64,000 bases of DNA from Blastocatellia bacterium (GTDB lineage Bacteria; Acidobacteriota; Blastocatellia; UBA7656). The notes beneath the pieces are model-generated. The model saw nothing but the letters and a program-made list of their open reading frames with translations, did not search any database and was not told the DNA's origin. Position 1 is the stretch's first letter. The number at the start of each line of letters is the position of its first letter. The position numbers were made by a program, and so were the translations under genes. Below, in pieces: positions 20,786 to 30,628 of the stretch. Location of the stretch: contig DATLXU010000136.1 in the NCBI GenBank assembly GCA_035575515.1, positions 14,850 through 78,849 on the forward strand, read 5' to 3'.

Positions 20786-22321
20786 TCATTTCTTTTGCAT
20801 GGCTGCCGTTTTTGCTCCGGCGCTTTCGAGCGCGTCTAGCACCCGACCCGGCATGATGCCGAGATACAACGTTCCGAGTATCGCGAGTATCAACCCGGCT
20901 GCGAGCGAGCGAGCGACGGCAGGCGCTTTGAACTCTTGGGCTGGCTCTGCGAAGAACATCGCGACGACTATCCGCAAATAGTAGTACCATGAAATCGCGC
21001 TATTGATTACGCCAATCACAACCAGGACATGAAGCATTGAATTATTAGCCGTCGAGCCTGCGATCCATGCCTGCTTGAAGACGAGGAACTTCGCCATAAA
21101 GCCTGCGGTGAGCGGGATGCCCGCGAGGCTCAACAAAAACAGAGACAGCGCAGTTGCAAGCCCGATGGATTTGAATCCGATGCCCGCGTAATCGCTAATC
21201 TCCGTGCGCGTGTCGCCGCGCCGCGCTATGACTTCGACAATCGCGAACGCGCCTATGTTGATGATGACGTAGCTCAACAAATAAAATGCGACCGACCTCC
21301 AATCGCCCGCGATCATGCCGACGAGCGCGTAGCCTGCATGAGCAATCGAAGAGTATGCAAGCATTCGCTTGACGTTGGTCTGAACGATGGCGACCAGATT
21401 GCCGATTGTCATCGTCAGTATCGCCATCACGATGAGCGCGTTCGTCGTAACCGCTTGGAGCGAACCCATCACGCCCGTGCCTTTTGCAACCGCTGTCGCC
21501 GCAAAGGTCAAAACGAATACGCGCAGAAATGCCGCGAATGCTGCGGCCTTCGAGCCTGTCGAAAGAAACGCGGTGATCGGCGTTGGCGCGCCTTCGTAAA
21601 CGTCCGGCGACCATATGTGGAACGGAGCAGTTGCGACTTTGAACCCGAAGCCTACGAGCATCATCGCCGCGCCTGCAAGCAACATCGGCTCCGAGAATAA
21701 CTGGCCGCTTGAGATGCGGGCCGCGATGTCTTGCAGGTTCGTCGTCGCAGTCTTCATAGCCTGCGAATATGTCGCGCCGTAGATGAACGCGATGCCGTAG
21801 AGCAGAAACGCCGTCGAGAACGAGCCGAGAATGAAATACTTGACCGCCGATTCGTTGGAGCGCAAATCCGATTTGCGATAGCCGCACAGCACGTAGGTAG
21901 AGATTGAAGTAATCTCAAGCCCCAAGAAGATCATTACCAGATCGTTCGCCGCTGACATGAAGAGCATCCCTGTCGTTGCGAACAGCAGCAGCGCAAAGTA
22001 TTCGCCCGTCGGCAGGTCTTCTTCCTTCACCCATCGAAGCGAGATGAGCACAATCAGAATCGCGACGACAAGAAATATCAGCGCAAAGAACAATCGAAAA
22101 TCGTCCGTGACGATCATCCGGTTGAATGATGTTTCGCCGTTGCGCCCCCACAGGCTCACGACGGCTGCGGCAGCGGCTGCAAGCCCGACGAGCGAGATAG
22201 CGCCCGCGATGCGCCGCTCTATCTTGCGCGAGGCGGCGTCAACCATCATTATCACAATCGCGACGGTTGACGTGATTAGCTCAGGCAGTATCGAGTGATA
22301 ATTTATCCCTATCTTGTCCAT
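20786..22321 (-). CDS. nuoN: NADH-quinone oxidoreductase subunit N
   Basis: 511 aa, about 14 TM; antiporter-like subunit pattern. Confidence 0.9.
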   Translation of the reverse strand: MDKIGINYHSILPELITSTVAIVIMMVDAASRKIERRIAGAISLVGLAAAAAAVVSLWGRNGETSFNRMIVTDDFRLFFALIFLVVAILIVLISLRWVKEEDLPTGEYFALLLFATTGMLFMSAANDLVMIFLGLEITSISTYVLCGYRKSDLRSNESAVKYFILGSFSTAFLLYGIAFIYGATYSQAMKTATTNLQDIAARISSGQLFSEPMLLAGAAMMLVGFGFKVATAPFHIWSPDVYEGAPTPITAFLSTGSKAAAFAAFLRVFVLTFAATAVAKGTGVMGSLQAVTTNALIVMAILTMTIGNLVAIVQTNVKRMLAYSSIAHAGYALVGMIAGDWRSVAFYLLSYVIINIGAFAIVEVIARRGDTRTEISDYAGIGFKSIGLATALSLFLLSLAGIPLTAGFMAKFLVFKQAWIAGSTANNSMLHVLVVIGVINSAISWYYYLRIVVAMFFAEPAQEFKAPAVARSLAAGLILAILGTLYLGIMPGRVLDALESAGAKTAAMQKK

Positions 22322-23895
22322 TAACGTTTTTCAGTTGATGCTTGCATCGGCTCATTGCCCGTTTTCGTCGCCGCGACGACGGTGTTGAACCGCTCGCTCA
22401 GATTTTTAATCGTGCGGTCGCTGCGCGCTAGAAAAAGATTCGGGTAGATGCCCATCACGAAAACCAGCACGACTATTGGCGCGAGCGCGAGTTTTTCCCT
22501 GCCGTTGAGGTCAGCGAGTTTTTGGTTTTCGGGATTGTGCGTTTCGCCGAAGATGACTCGCTGGTACATCCAGAGCATATAGACCGCCGAAAGAATCATC
22601 CCCGTCGCGGCGAACGCCGTGAACGTCTTCGAGTACGGAAGCACATTTGATGTGAAGGTGCCGATGAGAATCAAGAACTCGCCCACGAAACCGTTCAGCA
22701 ATGGCAGAGCGATTGATGAGAGCGTGACGATTAAAAACAGAGCCGAGTAAACTGGCATCACGCTGGCGAGACCGCCGAACTCTTTAATCAACCGAGTGTG
22801 GCGGCGGTCGTAAATCATCCCGACGATAATAAAGAGCGCGCCTGTTGACACGCCGTGATTGAGCATTTGATAAAGCGCGCCCTGCATGCCTTGATCGGTG
22901 AACGAGAAGATGCCGAGCACGACGAATCCAAGGTGGCTCACAGACGAATAAGCGACGAGCTTTTTCATATCAGGCTGCACCATCGCAACGAGCGCGCCGT
23001 AAATTATTCCGATGACCGCAAGCGTCGAAATCAGTGTTGCCCATTCGCGCGATGCGTCAGGGAACAGCGGCAGGTTAAATCGCATCAAGCCGTAAGTTCC
23101 CATCTTCAGCAGCACGCCCGCAAGGATGACCGAGCCTGCGGTCGGCGCTTCGACGTGCGCGTCCGGCAGCCACGTGTGAAATGGGAAGAGCGGTACTTTG
23201 ATTAAAAACGCAAGCCCGAACGCCCAGAACAGCCAGCTTTGAGTTCGAGGATCAATCCTCAAGCCTCCCGCTTGGACCGCCTGCGTGATTGTCGGAATGT
23301 CAAAAGTGAAATTGCCGGTTGCGTTCCCGTGCAGGTAATAGACCGCGATTATCCCTGCCAGCATCAGCAGCGAGCCGACAACCGTGTAGATGACGAACTT
23401 GATTGCCGCGTATATCCTTCGCTCGCCGCCCCAGACGCCGATCAGGAAATACATCGGCACGAGCATCACTTCCCAGAAGAGGTAGAACAGGAACAGATCG
23501 AGCGCGATGAAGACGCCGATCATTCCCGTTTCGAGAGCGAGCATCGAGATGAGAAATTCCCGTTGATATTTATGAATCGAGTTCCACGACGAGATGAGCG
23601 CGACCGGCACGAGCAGCGTCGTCAGCATCACGAGCCACAGGCTCAAACCGTCAACGCCGACGTGATACCGCACGCCTAGATTGAAAGCCTCAATCCAAGG
23701 CCTGTCTGTGACGAATTGATAGCCCGCCGCCGAGTCGAACCCGAACGGAAGCGCGAGCGAGACAACAAAGGTCGCAAGCGCGAAGATGAACGCCGTCCAT
23801 TTTAGCGTGCTTTCGTTCGCGCGCCCGACGAGGATGAGTGCTACGACGCCGGCCAGCGGCAGGAAAGTTATTATCGAGAGCAGGTAATCGGTCAT
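22321..23895 (-). CDS. nuoM: NADH-quinone oxidoreductase subunit M
   Basis: 524 aa antiporter-like subunit. Its stop overlaps the nuoN start. Confidence 0.9.
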   Translation of the reverse strand: MTDYLLSIITFLPLAGVVALILVGRANESTLKWTAFIFALATFVVSLALPFGFDSAAGYQFVTDRPWIEAFNLGVRYHVGVDGLSLWLVMLTTLLVPVALISSWNSIHKYQREFLISMLALETGMIGVFIALDLFLFYLFWEVMLVPMYFLIGVWGGERRIYAAIKFVIYTVVGSLLMLAGIIAVYYLHGNATGNFTFDIPTITQAVQAGGLRIDPRTQSWLFWAFGLAFLIKVPLFPFHTWLPDAHVEAPTAGSVILAGVLLKMGTYGLMRFNLPLFPDASREWATLISTLAVIGIIYGALVAMVQPDMKKLVAYSSVSHLGFVVLGIFSFTDQGMQGALYQMLNHGVSTGALFIIVGMIYDRRHTRLIKEFGGLASVMPVYSALFLIVTLSSIALPLLNGFVGEFLILIGTFTSNVLPYSKTFTAFAATGMILSAVYMLWMYQRVIFGETHNPENQKLADLNGREKLALAPIVVLVFVMGIYPNLFLARSDRTIKNLSERFNTVVAATKTGNEPMQASTEKR

Positions 23896-23900
23896 AGTTT

Positions 23901-23932
23901 TGTAGGGGCAGGGCTTGTCCCTGCCCGAATGG
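23901..23932. repeat. palindromic repeat family 1, copy A (TGTAGGGGCAGGG-CTTGT-CCCTGCCCGAAT)
   Basis: Hairpin GGGCAGGG/CCCTGCCC in the nuoM-nuoL spacer. Confidence 0.7.
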
Positions 23933-23984
23933 CCGTTAGGCCATGATCAATTTCAAATTCGCGCGAATCATCGCACTTCGCGCG

Positions 23985-24013
23985 ATTCGGGCAGGGACAA
24001 GCCCTGCTCCTAC
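23985..24013. repeat. palindromic repeat family 1, copy B (inverted copy of A with one mismatch)
   Basis: ATTCGGGCAGGGACAAGCCCTGCTCCTAC. It forms an inverted-repeat pair with copy A 52 bp away and overlaps the nuoL stop. Confidence 0.7.
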
Positions 24014-26130
24014 TTCATTATGAAGTAGCCGATTATCAACAAAGCTCCGAGCACGACGAGGGCGACGTATCCGCGCGCAAGGCCCAGTTGCATGTAGCGC
24101 ATCGCGTTGCCGATACGGCTTGCGAGATAAGCCGCGCCGTTCACCGCGCCATCAATGATGCCAACGTCAATGATCTTCCAGAGCAGGTTTGTCGAGCCGA
24201 CCTTGATCGGCTGCACGATGGCGGCGTTATAGATTTCGTCAACGTAGTACTTGTCTTCGAGCAGCCGCGGCGGCTGCCAAAGCGGTTTGCGGTTGAACCA
24301 CGACCACCCGATGCCTATGCCAAGAAAAGCGATGATGACAGAAATGACGGTCAGCATAATCTCTGTGCCGTGACCTTCATCTTCTGCGGCGGGCGCAGCG
24401 TTTGCCGCGCTCGCGGCTTTCTCGTGCGCGGCAGGCTCGCCGATGATCTGACGGATGGGCGAGCCGGAATGCGCATCCTGCGGATGCGCGATTGACGGCT
24501 CAAGTATGCGCTCGAAATAATTCGGAATCTTTCCGCCCGACAAGCCTTCCGGCACGCCGAGATAGCCCGCGAAGACTGCGCCGATAGCCAGCACGACGAG
24601 CGGCACGGTCATTGAACGCGGAGACTCGCGCGGCGGCCCTGCGTGATGCTCGTGCTCGTTGGGTCCGACTCCGTGCGGGGTGACAGATTGATGCGACTCA
24701 TCGCTGTGTCGCGTGTCGTGATGCGCGGCGTGTGATTCACTGAATCGTTCGCTGCCCCAGAACGTCAGCACCATCAAGCGAGTCATGTAAACGGCTGTGA
24801 GCAGCGCGGTGATTGCGCCGACTATCCACAGAATCTTCGGCCACGCGTCGGGCAAGCCTGCGGTTGTGAATGTGCGGAAGAGAATTTCATCTTTGCTGAA
24901 GAAGCCTGAAAGCAGCGGCACGCCTGAGATGGCAAGCCAGCCGACGAGCATTGTCGCAAACGTCACGGGCATGAATTTTTTCAACCCGCCCATTCGCCGC
25001 ATATCCTGCTCGTGATGCAATCCTACAATGACTGAGCCTGAGCCTAAAAAGAGAAGGGCTTTGAAGAATGCGTGAGTGAATACGTGAAAGATGCCTGCTG
25101 CGAATGCGCCCACGCCGCACGCCAAAAACATATAGCCTAGCTGCGAGATTGTCGAGTAGGCGAGAACTTTTTTGATGTCCCATTGGGCGAGTCCGATTGT
25201 CGCGGCAAACAGCGCGGTCGCTGCGCCGATGATTGCGATTATCATCATCGCCATCGGCGCGTGGATGAATATCGAGCTTGCGCGCGACACCATGTAAACG
25301 CCTGCCGTCACCATCGTTGCCGCGTGAATGAGCGCGCTAACAGGAGTCGGGCCGGCCATCGCGTCGGGCAGCCATACGAATAGCGGTATCTGCGCGCTCT
25401 TGCCCGTCGCGCCAATGAATAACAGGATGCCTATCGTTGTTAATCCCCCGGCGAAGATGGCCGACGCAGTGAACGGATCGGCCAACTGCGTCATCGCCCA
25501 GTTGAATGCGCCCTGAGTGCCGCGCGCCGGGTCGCTGAAATAAAAGATCGTGTGCGCCTGCGAAAACAGCAGCATCACGCCGAGCGCGAATCCGAAGTCG
25601 CCTATGCGGTTGACGATGAACGCTTTCTTCGCTGCGTCGTTCGCGTAGTCGCGCAGGAAGTAATAGCCAATCAGCAGGTACGAGCAAAGCCCTACGCCTT
25701 CCCACCCGACGAACATCAGCAGGAAGTTGTCGCCAAGCACAAGCGTCAGCATCGCAAACATAAACAGGTTCAGGTAGGCGAAGAATCTGTAGTAACCCGT
25801 GTCGCCATGCATGTAGCCCGTAGCGAAGACGTGAATCCAGAAGCCGACAAATGTGACGAACAGAATGTAGATGCCCGACAGCGAATCGAGCAGCAGCGCA
25901 GCATCAGCGCGGAACTGCCCGACGCTTATCCAGGTGAACAGGTATTCGTGGATTTTCGTACCGGCTTCTAGGGCTTCGCGATTTGCAAAGAAGACGTAGA
26001 ATGAAAGAACCGCCGACACGGCGACGGTCGAGCAGGCGATGAAGCCGATGGCGCGTTCGCCCATCCGTTTGCCAAACAACCCGAGTATCAATGCGCCTGC
26101 GAGCGGCGCTAGAATTATCGCGGCTAACAT
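24010..26130 (-). CDS. nuoL: NADH-quinone oxidoreductase subunit L (with His-rich insertion)
   Basis: 706 aa antiporter-like subunit with a long C-terminal region and a His-rich segment SESHAAHHDTRHSDESHQ...HEHH. Confidence 0.9.
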   Translation of the reverse strand: MLAAIILAPLAGALILGLFGKRMGERAIGFIACSTVAVSAVLSFYVFFANREALEAGTKIHEYLFTWISVGQFRADAALLLDSLSGIYILFVTFVGFWIHVFATGYMHGDTGYYRFFAYLNLFMFAMLTLVLGDNFLLMFVGWEGVGLCSYLLIGYYFLRDYANDAAKKAFIVNRIGDFGFALGVMLLFSQAHTIFYFSDPARGTQGAFNWAMTQLADPFTASAIFAGGLTTIGILLFIGATGKSAQIPLFVWLPDAMAGPTPVSALIHAATMVTAGVYMVSRASSIFIHAPMAMMIIAIIGAATALFAATIGLAQWDIKKVLAYSTISQLGYMFLACGVGAFAAGIFHVFTHAFFKALLFLGSGSVIVGLHHEQDMRRMGGLKKFMPVTFATMLVGWLAISGVPLLSGFFSKDEILFRTFTTAGLPDAWPKILWIVGAITALLTAVYMTRLMVLTFWGSERFSESHAAHHDTRHSDESHQSVTPHGVGPNEHEHHAGPPRESPRSMTVPLVVLAIGAVFAGYLGVPEGLSGGKIPNYFERILEPSIAHPQDAHSGSPIRQIIGEPAAHEKAASAANAAPAAEDEGHGTEIMLTVISVIIAFLGIGIGWSWFNRKPLWQPPRLLEDKYYVDEIYNAAIVQPIKVGSTNLLWKIIDVGIIDGAVNGAAYLASRIGNAMRYMQLGLARGYVALVVLGALLIIGYFIMK

Positions 26131-26196
26131 TTTTCCTCAAAGAGTTGATCGTAAATCAGGACGGCATTTCTCTCGTCACGATTTACGATTCACCAT

Positions 26197-26499
<303 letters not shown>

Positions 26500-26502
26500 G
26501 CC

Positions 26503-26575
26503 TTTTGTCCTTTATCATTTGTCGCTTGTCCCTCGTCTTCTGCAAACGATCAATGACAAAGGACAAGCGGCAAAG
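26503..26575. repeat. palindromic repeat family 2 copy (TTGTCCTTTATCATTTG ... CAATGACAAAGGACAA)
   Basis: Imperfect inverted repeat filling the nuoJ-nuoK spacer. Confidence 0.6.
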
Positions 26576-26577
26576 AA

Positions 26578-27090
26578 TCAATCTCCTTCGCGTCTCGCCA
26601 ACACCATCGCGCCAACGACTGCCATCAGTATCAAGACCGATGTTACTTCAAACGGCAGCAGGTAATCTGTAAACAGCGCCGTGCCGATATTCCACGTAGT
26701 GCCGACAGCCGTATCGGCCTGCTCAGCCGGAATCGAAGGAAACGCAATTTGCTTGTCGAGCGGCAGCGCGTAAAACATCTCGGCTATCAATAACCCCGCG
26801 AACGGAATTGCGAGGTAGCGAAGCCACTTGTGCTTCTCGATGTGCGGCACATCCTTCGGCTCGTTCAAGAGCATTATAACGAAGACGAACAGCACCATTA
26901 TCGCGCCCGCGTAGACGACGACCTGAATCGCCGCGATGAACTGCGCGTGCAGCGTCAGATAGAGCGCCGACAGCGACGCGAGCGTGACAATCAACGACAG
27001 CGCGCTGTAGAGCGGGTTGCGCTGAATCAATATGTTCAGCGCGCTCGCTACGGCGATGACTGCAAAGATGATGAAGAGAGTCTGTTCCAT
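26578..27090 (-). CDS. nuoJ: NADH-quinone oxidoreductase subunit J
   Basis: 170 aa, 5 TM, NuoJ/ND6-like. Confidence 0.85.
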   Translation of the reverse strand: MEQTLFIIFAVIAVASALNILIQRNPLYSALSLIVTLASLSALYLTLHAQFIAAIQVVVYAGAIMVLFVFVIMLLNEPKDVPHIEKHKWLRYLAIPFAGLLIAEMFYALPLDKQIAFPSIPAEQADTAVGTTWNIGTALFTDYLLPFEVTSVLILMAVVGAMVLARREGD

Positions 27091-27097
27091 CTTCGAC

Positions 27098-28126
27098 CTA
27101 TCGAATGAATATTAATAAAGTCGCCGTCGCGATGATGTTGATGATCGCAAGCGGCAGCAGCCACTTCCACCCGAAGCGCATCAGTTGATCGTAACGGAAT
27201 CGCGGCAGCGTGAACCGTATCCACATCGCAATGAAAATGAGCACGAGCACCTTAATCACGAAATAGACAAGGCTCAGAATCGGCAGTTGCTCGACGCCAG
27301 GCCCGTTCCATCCGCCTAAAAAGAGCGTCGTGCCTATTGACGCGGCGGTGATGAGGTTTAAGTATTCCGCCATCTGAAAGAGCGCGAACTTCATCGAAGA
27401 ATATTCCGTGTGATACCCGGCGACCAGCTCCGAATCGGCTTCAGGCAGATCGAATGGCGTGCGATTGGTTTCCGCGAGCGACGCGATGTAGAAGATTATG
27501 AAGCCGAATGTACCGAGCGGAAAACGAAAGATATTCCATCGTGGTATGAAGCCGAACCATGTGCCGCTCTGGCTCTTGGTAATTTCTACGAGGTCGAGCG
27601 AGCCTGTCCACAACAGCACGCTCACGATTGCAAGCCCAAGCGCAAGCTCGTAGCTAATCATCTGCGCGCTCGAACGCAGCCCGCCCATCAGCGAATACTT
27701 GTTGTTTGACGACCACCCGGCCAGAACTATGCCGTACACTCCGAGCGACGTGAGCGCGAAGACGTAAAGCAATCCGATGTTCATCTGCGTGACGTGCAGC
27801 GGGATCGTGCGCCCGAACAGATGAATCTCGCTGCCCCACGGGATAACTATCAGCGACATCATCGCGGGAACGACTGAGACTGCGGGCGCGATGATGTAGA
27901 GCCAGCGGTTTGCTTCGAGCGGGATGATGTCTTCCTTGAAGATGAATTTCAGCCCGTCAGCCGCCGGTTGAAGCAACCCCCAGGGGCCTACGCGGTTCGG
28001 ACCGACGCGCAGTTGAATCCAGCTCATCACCTTTCTTTCCATAAAGGTCAGGTAGGCGACGGCTGTGACTAATGCGAAGAGAGTGATAAGGATCTGAATT
28101 GCCCATCCGAGCAGTTGGTCTATCAT
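27098..28126 (-). CDS. nuoH: NADH-quinone oxidoreductase subunit H
   Basis: 342 aa NuoH/ND1 pattern ([27 protein letters not shown]). Confidence 0.9.
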   Translation of the reverse strand: [342 protein letters not shown]

Positions 28127-28180
28127 AAGGAGTGACCGTGTATTGCCAGCTTTATGATCATCACCGCAAGCGTCTCCGGT

Positions 28181-28567
28181 TTACTTTGCGGCCCATTCGA
28201 GTATGCCCTTGCGCCAGACGTAAACAAGCCCGACGAACAGCACGACCATAAACAGCATCATCTCGCCGTAGAAGAGGTATTTCAACGTCCTGTAGGCGGG
28301 GTCGCTAAGGACGCGCGGGAAGACGACGGCCCAAGGCACTAGAAAGACAGCTTCGATGTCGAACAGCAGGAAGACCATAGCGACGAGGTAGAACTTAACC
28401 GACTGACGCTCGCGCGCTGTGCCTACCGGCTCGACTCCGCACTCGTAAGGCATGAGCTTTTCGCGCGTCGGGCGATTGCGGCCCGCGAGTCGCGAAAGAA
28501 TAATGATGGCTGTTGCCATGCCGACCGCAAAGATGAAGATTATTAAAATCGGAACGTAGTTGATCAT
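28181..28567 (-). CDS. nuoA: NADH-quinone oxidoreductase subunit A
   Basis: 128 aa, 3 TM, NuoA/ND3 pattern (PYECG). Confidence 0.85.
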   Translation of the reverse strand: MINYVPILIIFIFAVGMATAIIILSRLAGRNRPTREKLMPYECGVEPVGTARERQSVKFYLVAMVFLLFDIEAVFLVPWAVVFPRVLSDPAYRTLKYLFYGEMMLFMVVLFVGLVYVWRKGILEWAAK

Positions 28568-28761
28568 TGCTGCGGCAGTCTCTTTTTATAAGAACTTTGC
28601 CCGGCAATCTGCGCGCCCACAGACGCGAAACGGATCGCCGGCTAAGACTAGGCATCTTATCGCTTGGCGAAATTGAGTGTCAAGCAACGGTAGTGCCCTA
28701 ATCCTGTGTTGCTGTGCAAAGGATAGTAGGGGCGATTGGCGCGTGGTGCGCTTCGCGCGGC

Positions 28762-28781
28762 GCGGGCTTGTCCCTGCCCGC
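28762..28781. repeat. palindromic repeat family 1, short copy C (GCGGGCTTGTCCCTGCCCGC)
   Basis: Shares the core GGGCTTGTCCCTGCCCG with copies A, B and D. It lies upstream of nuoA. Confidence 0.55.
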
Positions 28782-29084
28782 GACCCGCAAGCGGGTTCCC
28801 CGCGTCAGCGCGATGAAAGAATGCGGTATTTACCGAATGCTTTCATTGCCTTCGGCAATCCGGGCAGCCCTTGTGGCTGCCCCTACAATCAACTGCACGC
28901 CGTCAATTAATCAGCCGCACACCTTTAGACACTGCCCAAGCAACGATAGAAGCGCAGGGCGCGGAAGACTTCACCAGACGATTCAGCGCGTTCAACAAAA
29001 ATATTGTTGCGCGGATTTGCTTCGAGTAACATCGGCGATGTAACTGCCCTCGCCTGAGGCCCTTGCCCCGCGTTGATTCGCAGC

Positions 29085-29459
29085 ATGACTTTCACTTGCG
29101 ATTATTGCAGCGCCGATTTGAACAGGCGATGGCCCGATGCGCAAACTGCGGCGCGCCGTTTGGCCGCGATAGCGGGCGTGCGCCTGAGGACCGCTCGTGC
29201 CCTTATTGCAGCCGGAAGTTACTGGCGCTCGCCAGTCTCGCTTGCAGTTATTGTGGCCGCCGCCTGCCCGAAGACTACATCAAAGCGCGAGGCAGATTTG
29301 AAACGACTCACCAAAACCGATGAGAGCAGCAGGAAAGTTGAAGAAGAGGCCAGCCAGATAGAGCGCCTGAAAGAGCGTCGCAAACGGCGCAAAGGTTCTT
29401 CTGTGGTCAATATGCTCGATATCGGAATGATATTCGATTTGACCGACCTGTTTTCCTAA
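29085..29459 (+). CDS. hypothetical protein; the reading frame is uncertain (an overlapping alternative frame at 29128..29323 encodes a Cx2C-x16-Cx2C-x10-Cx2C zinc-ribbon-like peptide)
   Basis: Two overlapping plus-strand frames are both open with similar GC3. The longer frame has a charged coiled-coil-like C-terminus. Confidence 0.3.
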   Translation: MTFTCDYCSADLNRRWPDAQTAARRLAAIAGVRLRTARALIAAGSYWRSPVSLAVIVAAACPKTTSKREADLKRLTKTDESSRKVEEEASQIERLKERRKRRKGSSVVNMLDIGMIFDLTDLFS

Positions 29460-29485
29460 AATGTGATGACTGCTGAAAGACACAG

Positions 29486-29520
29486 AGGCGCAGGGCTGTT
29501 CCACATAGCCCTGCGCCTCT
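29486..29520. terminator. bidirectional terminator-like hairpin between convergent genes
   Basis: GAGGCGCAGGGCT-gttccacat-AGCCCTGCGCCTC (13-bp perfect stem) followed by TTCGTCACTC. Confidence 0.5.
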
Positions 29521-29556
29521 TCGTCACTCACAAGCAGGAAGGGGGGCAGCGCGCGC

Positions 29557-30414
29557 TCACTGCCGCGTCGTCGCCGCATAGCGGAGCGGGTCAATGGGCT
29601 GATCGTTTTCGCGTATCTCATAATGGACGTGCGGGCCGGTTGAACGGCCTGTGCTGCCCGCATTGCCTATCTGCTCGCCGCGCTTGACGCGCTGGCCGAC
29701 CTCTACGGTTATCTTCGACAGGTGGCCGTAGCGTGTCGTGATGCCATTACTGTGATACAAAATCACGAGGTTGCCATATCCCGCGTGCGGCGCGGCAAAG
29801 ATGACCAGCCCATCGGCTGTGGCCGAAACTGGCGTTCCGAAGTCAACCGAGATGTCCAGCCCTTCGTGGCTTTCGCGTCCTTCGCCGCTGAACGGATTGC
29901 GACGCATTCCGAACCCATCGGTGATGTAACCATTCACGGGCAGACCATTCGGAACCGAAGCGAGCCTCAGCATATCAGACCGAAGGCGATAATTAATCTG
30001 GCGCACTTCGCGCTCAAGCGAGTCGGCTGCAGAATCGAGCACGGCCACGCCTTCAGGGCCGCCAATTCCTATATGCTCATCAATTTCGGCTACGTGCTCC
30101 ATCTTGGCTTGCCGGGCAAGCTCCTTAGACATATCTTCGATATATGAGAGCTGGCCCTTCAGTTTTTCGTAGTTGCTGGCGTAGGCGTTGTTGGCCTGCC
30201 TTAGTTGTTCGTTCTCGGCTTTGACGGAATTGTATTTGATGTTGAGAGCTTCGTGACCCGCCAGGCGAACGGCTGCGAGTATGAAAATCCCAAAAAGGAT
30301 GATGCCAGACCCGACTGCGATGGAAACTGTTTTGGAAGTGATGCGGAACTGCTTGATTCTGGAACTCGATGTAGATACTAACAGAAATGTGTATGCTCGT
30401 TTGTCTTTCGACAT
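29557..30414 (-). CDS. M23-family peptidase (LytM-like) with N-terminal TM and coiled coil
   Basis: HEGLDI ... GNLVILYH ... GRSTGPHVHYEI motifs. Confidence 0.85.
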   Translation of the reverse strand: MSKDKRAYTFLLVSTSSSRIKQFRITSKTVSIAVGSGIILFGIFILAAVRLAGHEALNIKYNSVKAENEQLRQANNAYASNYEKLKGQLSYIEDMSKELARQAKMEHVAEIDEHIGIGGPEGVAVLDSAADSLEREVRQINYRLRSDMLRLASVPNGLPVNGYITDGFGMRRNPFSGEGRESHEGLDISVDFGTPVSATADGLVIFAAPHAGYGNLVILYHSNGITTRYGHLSKITVEVGQRVKRGEQIGNAGSTGRSTGPHVHYEIRENDQPIDPLRYAATTRQ

Positions 30415-30628
30415 TCAGGCGTCTCCTTGGCTCTTTATCAGAGTATGGGGATGTCGCTAATGTCCCACAGCAACACCCTGATCTTACTTTTTTTTACTGC
30501 TACCCTGCTTGTTCGTGAGGGGTGTACTTGCTCAAGTCTTGATGTGCGAGGCTATCACACGAAGGGGCCAATGGCAATAGAGATGGGACAATCTGACGCG
30601 GATTTATGAAAATTGCAACAATATAGCT

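Noticed and set aside
21195-23679. Track ORFs 21195..21887(-), 21338..21700(+), 21957..22298(+), 22855..23205(+), 23239..23679(+) and similar ones inside nuoN/nuoM.
   Set aside because: They lie antisense or out of frame within well-supported nuo genes. They are Arg/His-rich shadow ORFs typical of high-GC DNA.
28677-29043. Track ORFs 28677..28910 and 28714..29043 upstream of nuoA.
   Set aside because: They lie in the promoter region containing the family-1 repeat and other hairpins. They lack a plausible RBS and have Cys/Arg-rich composition.
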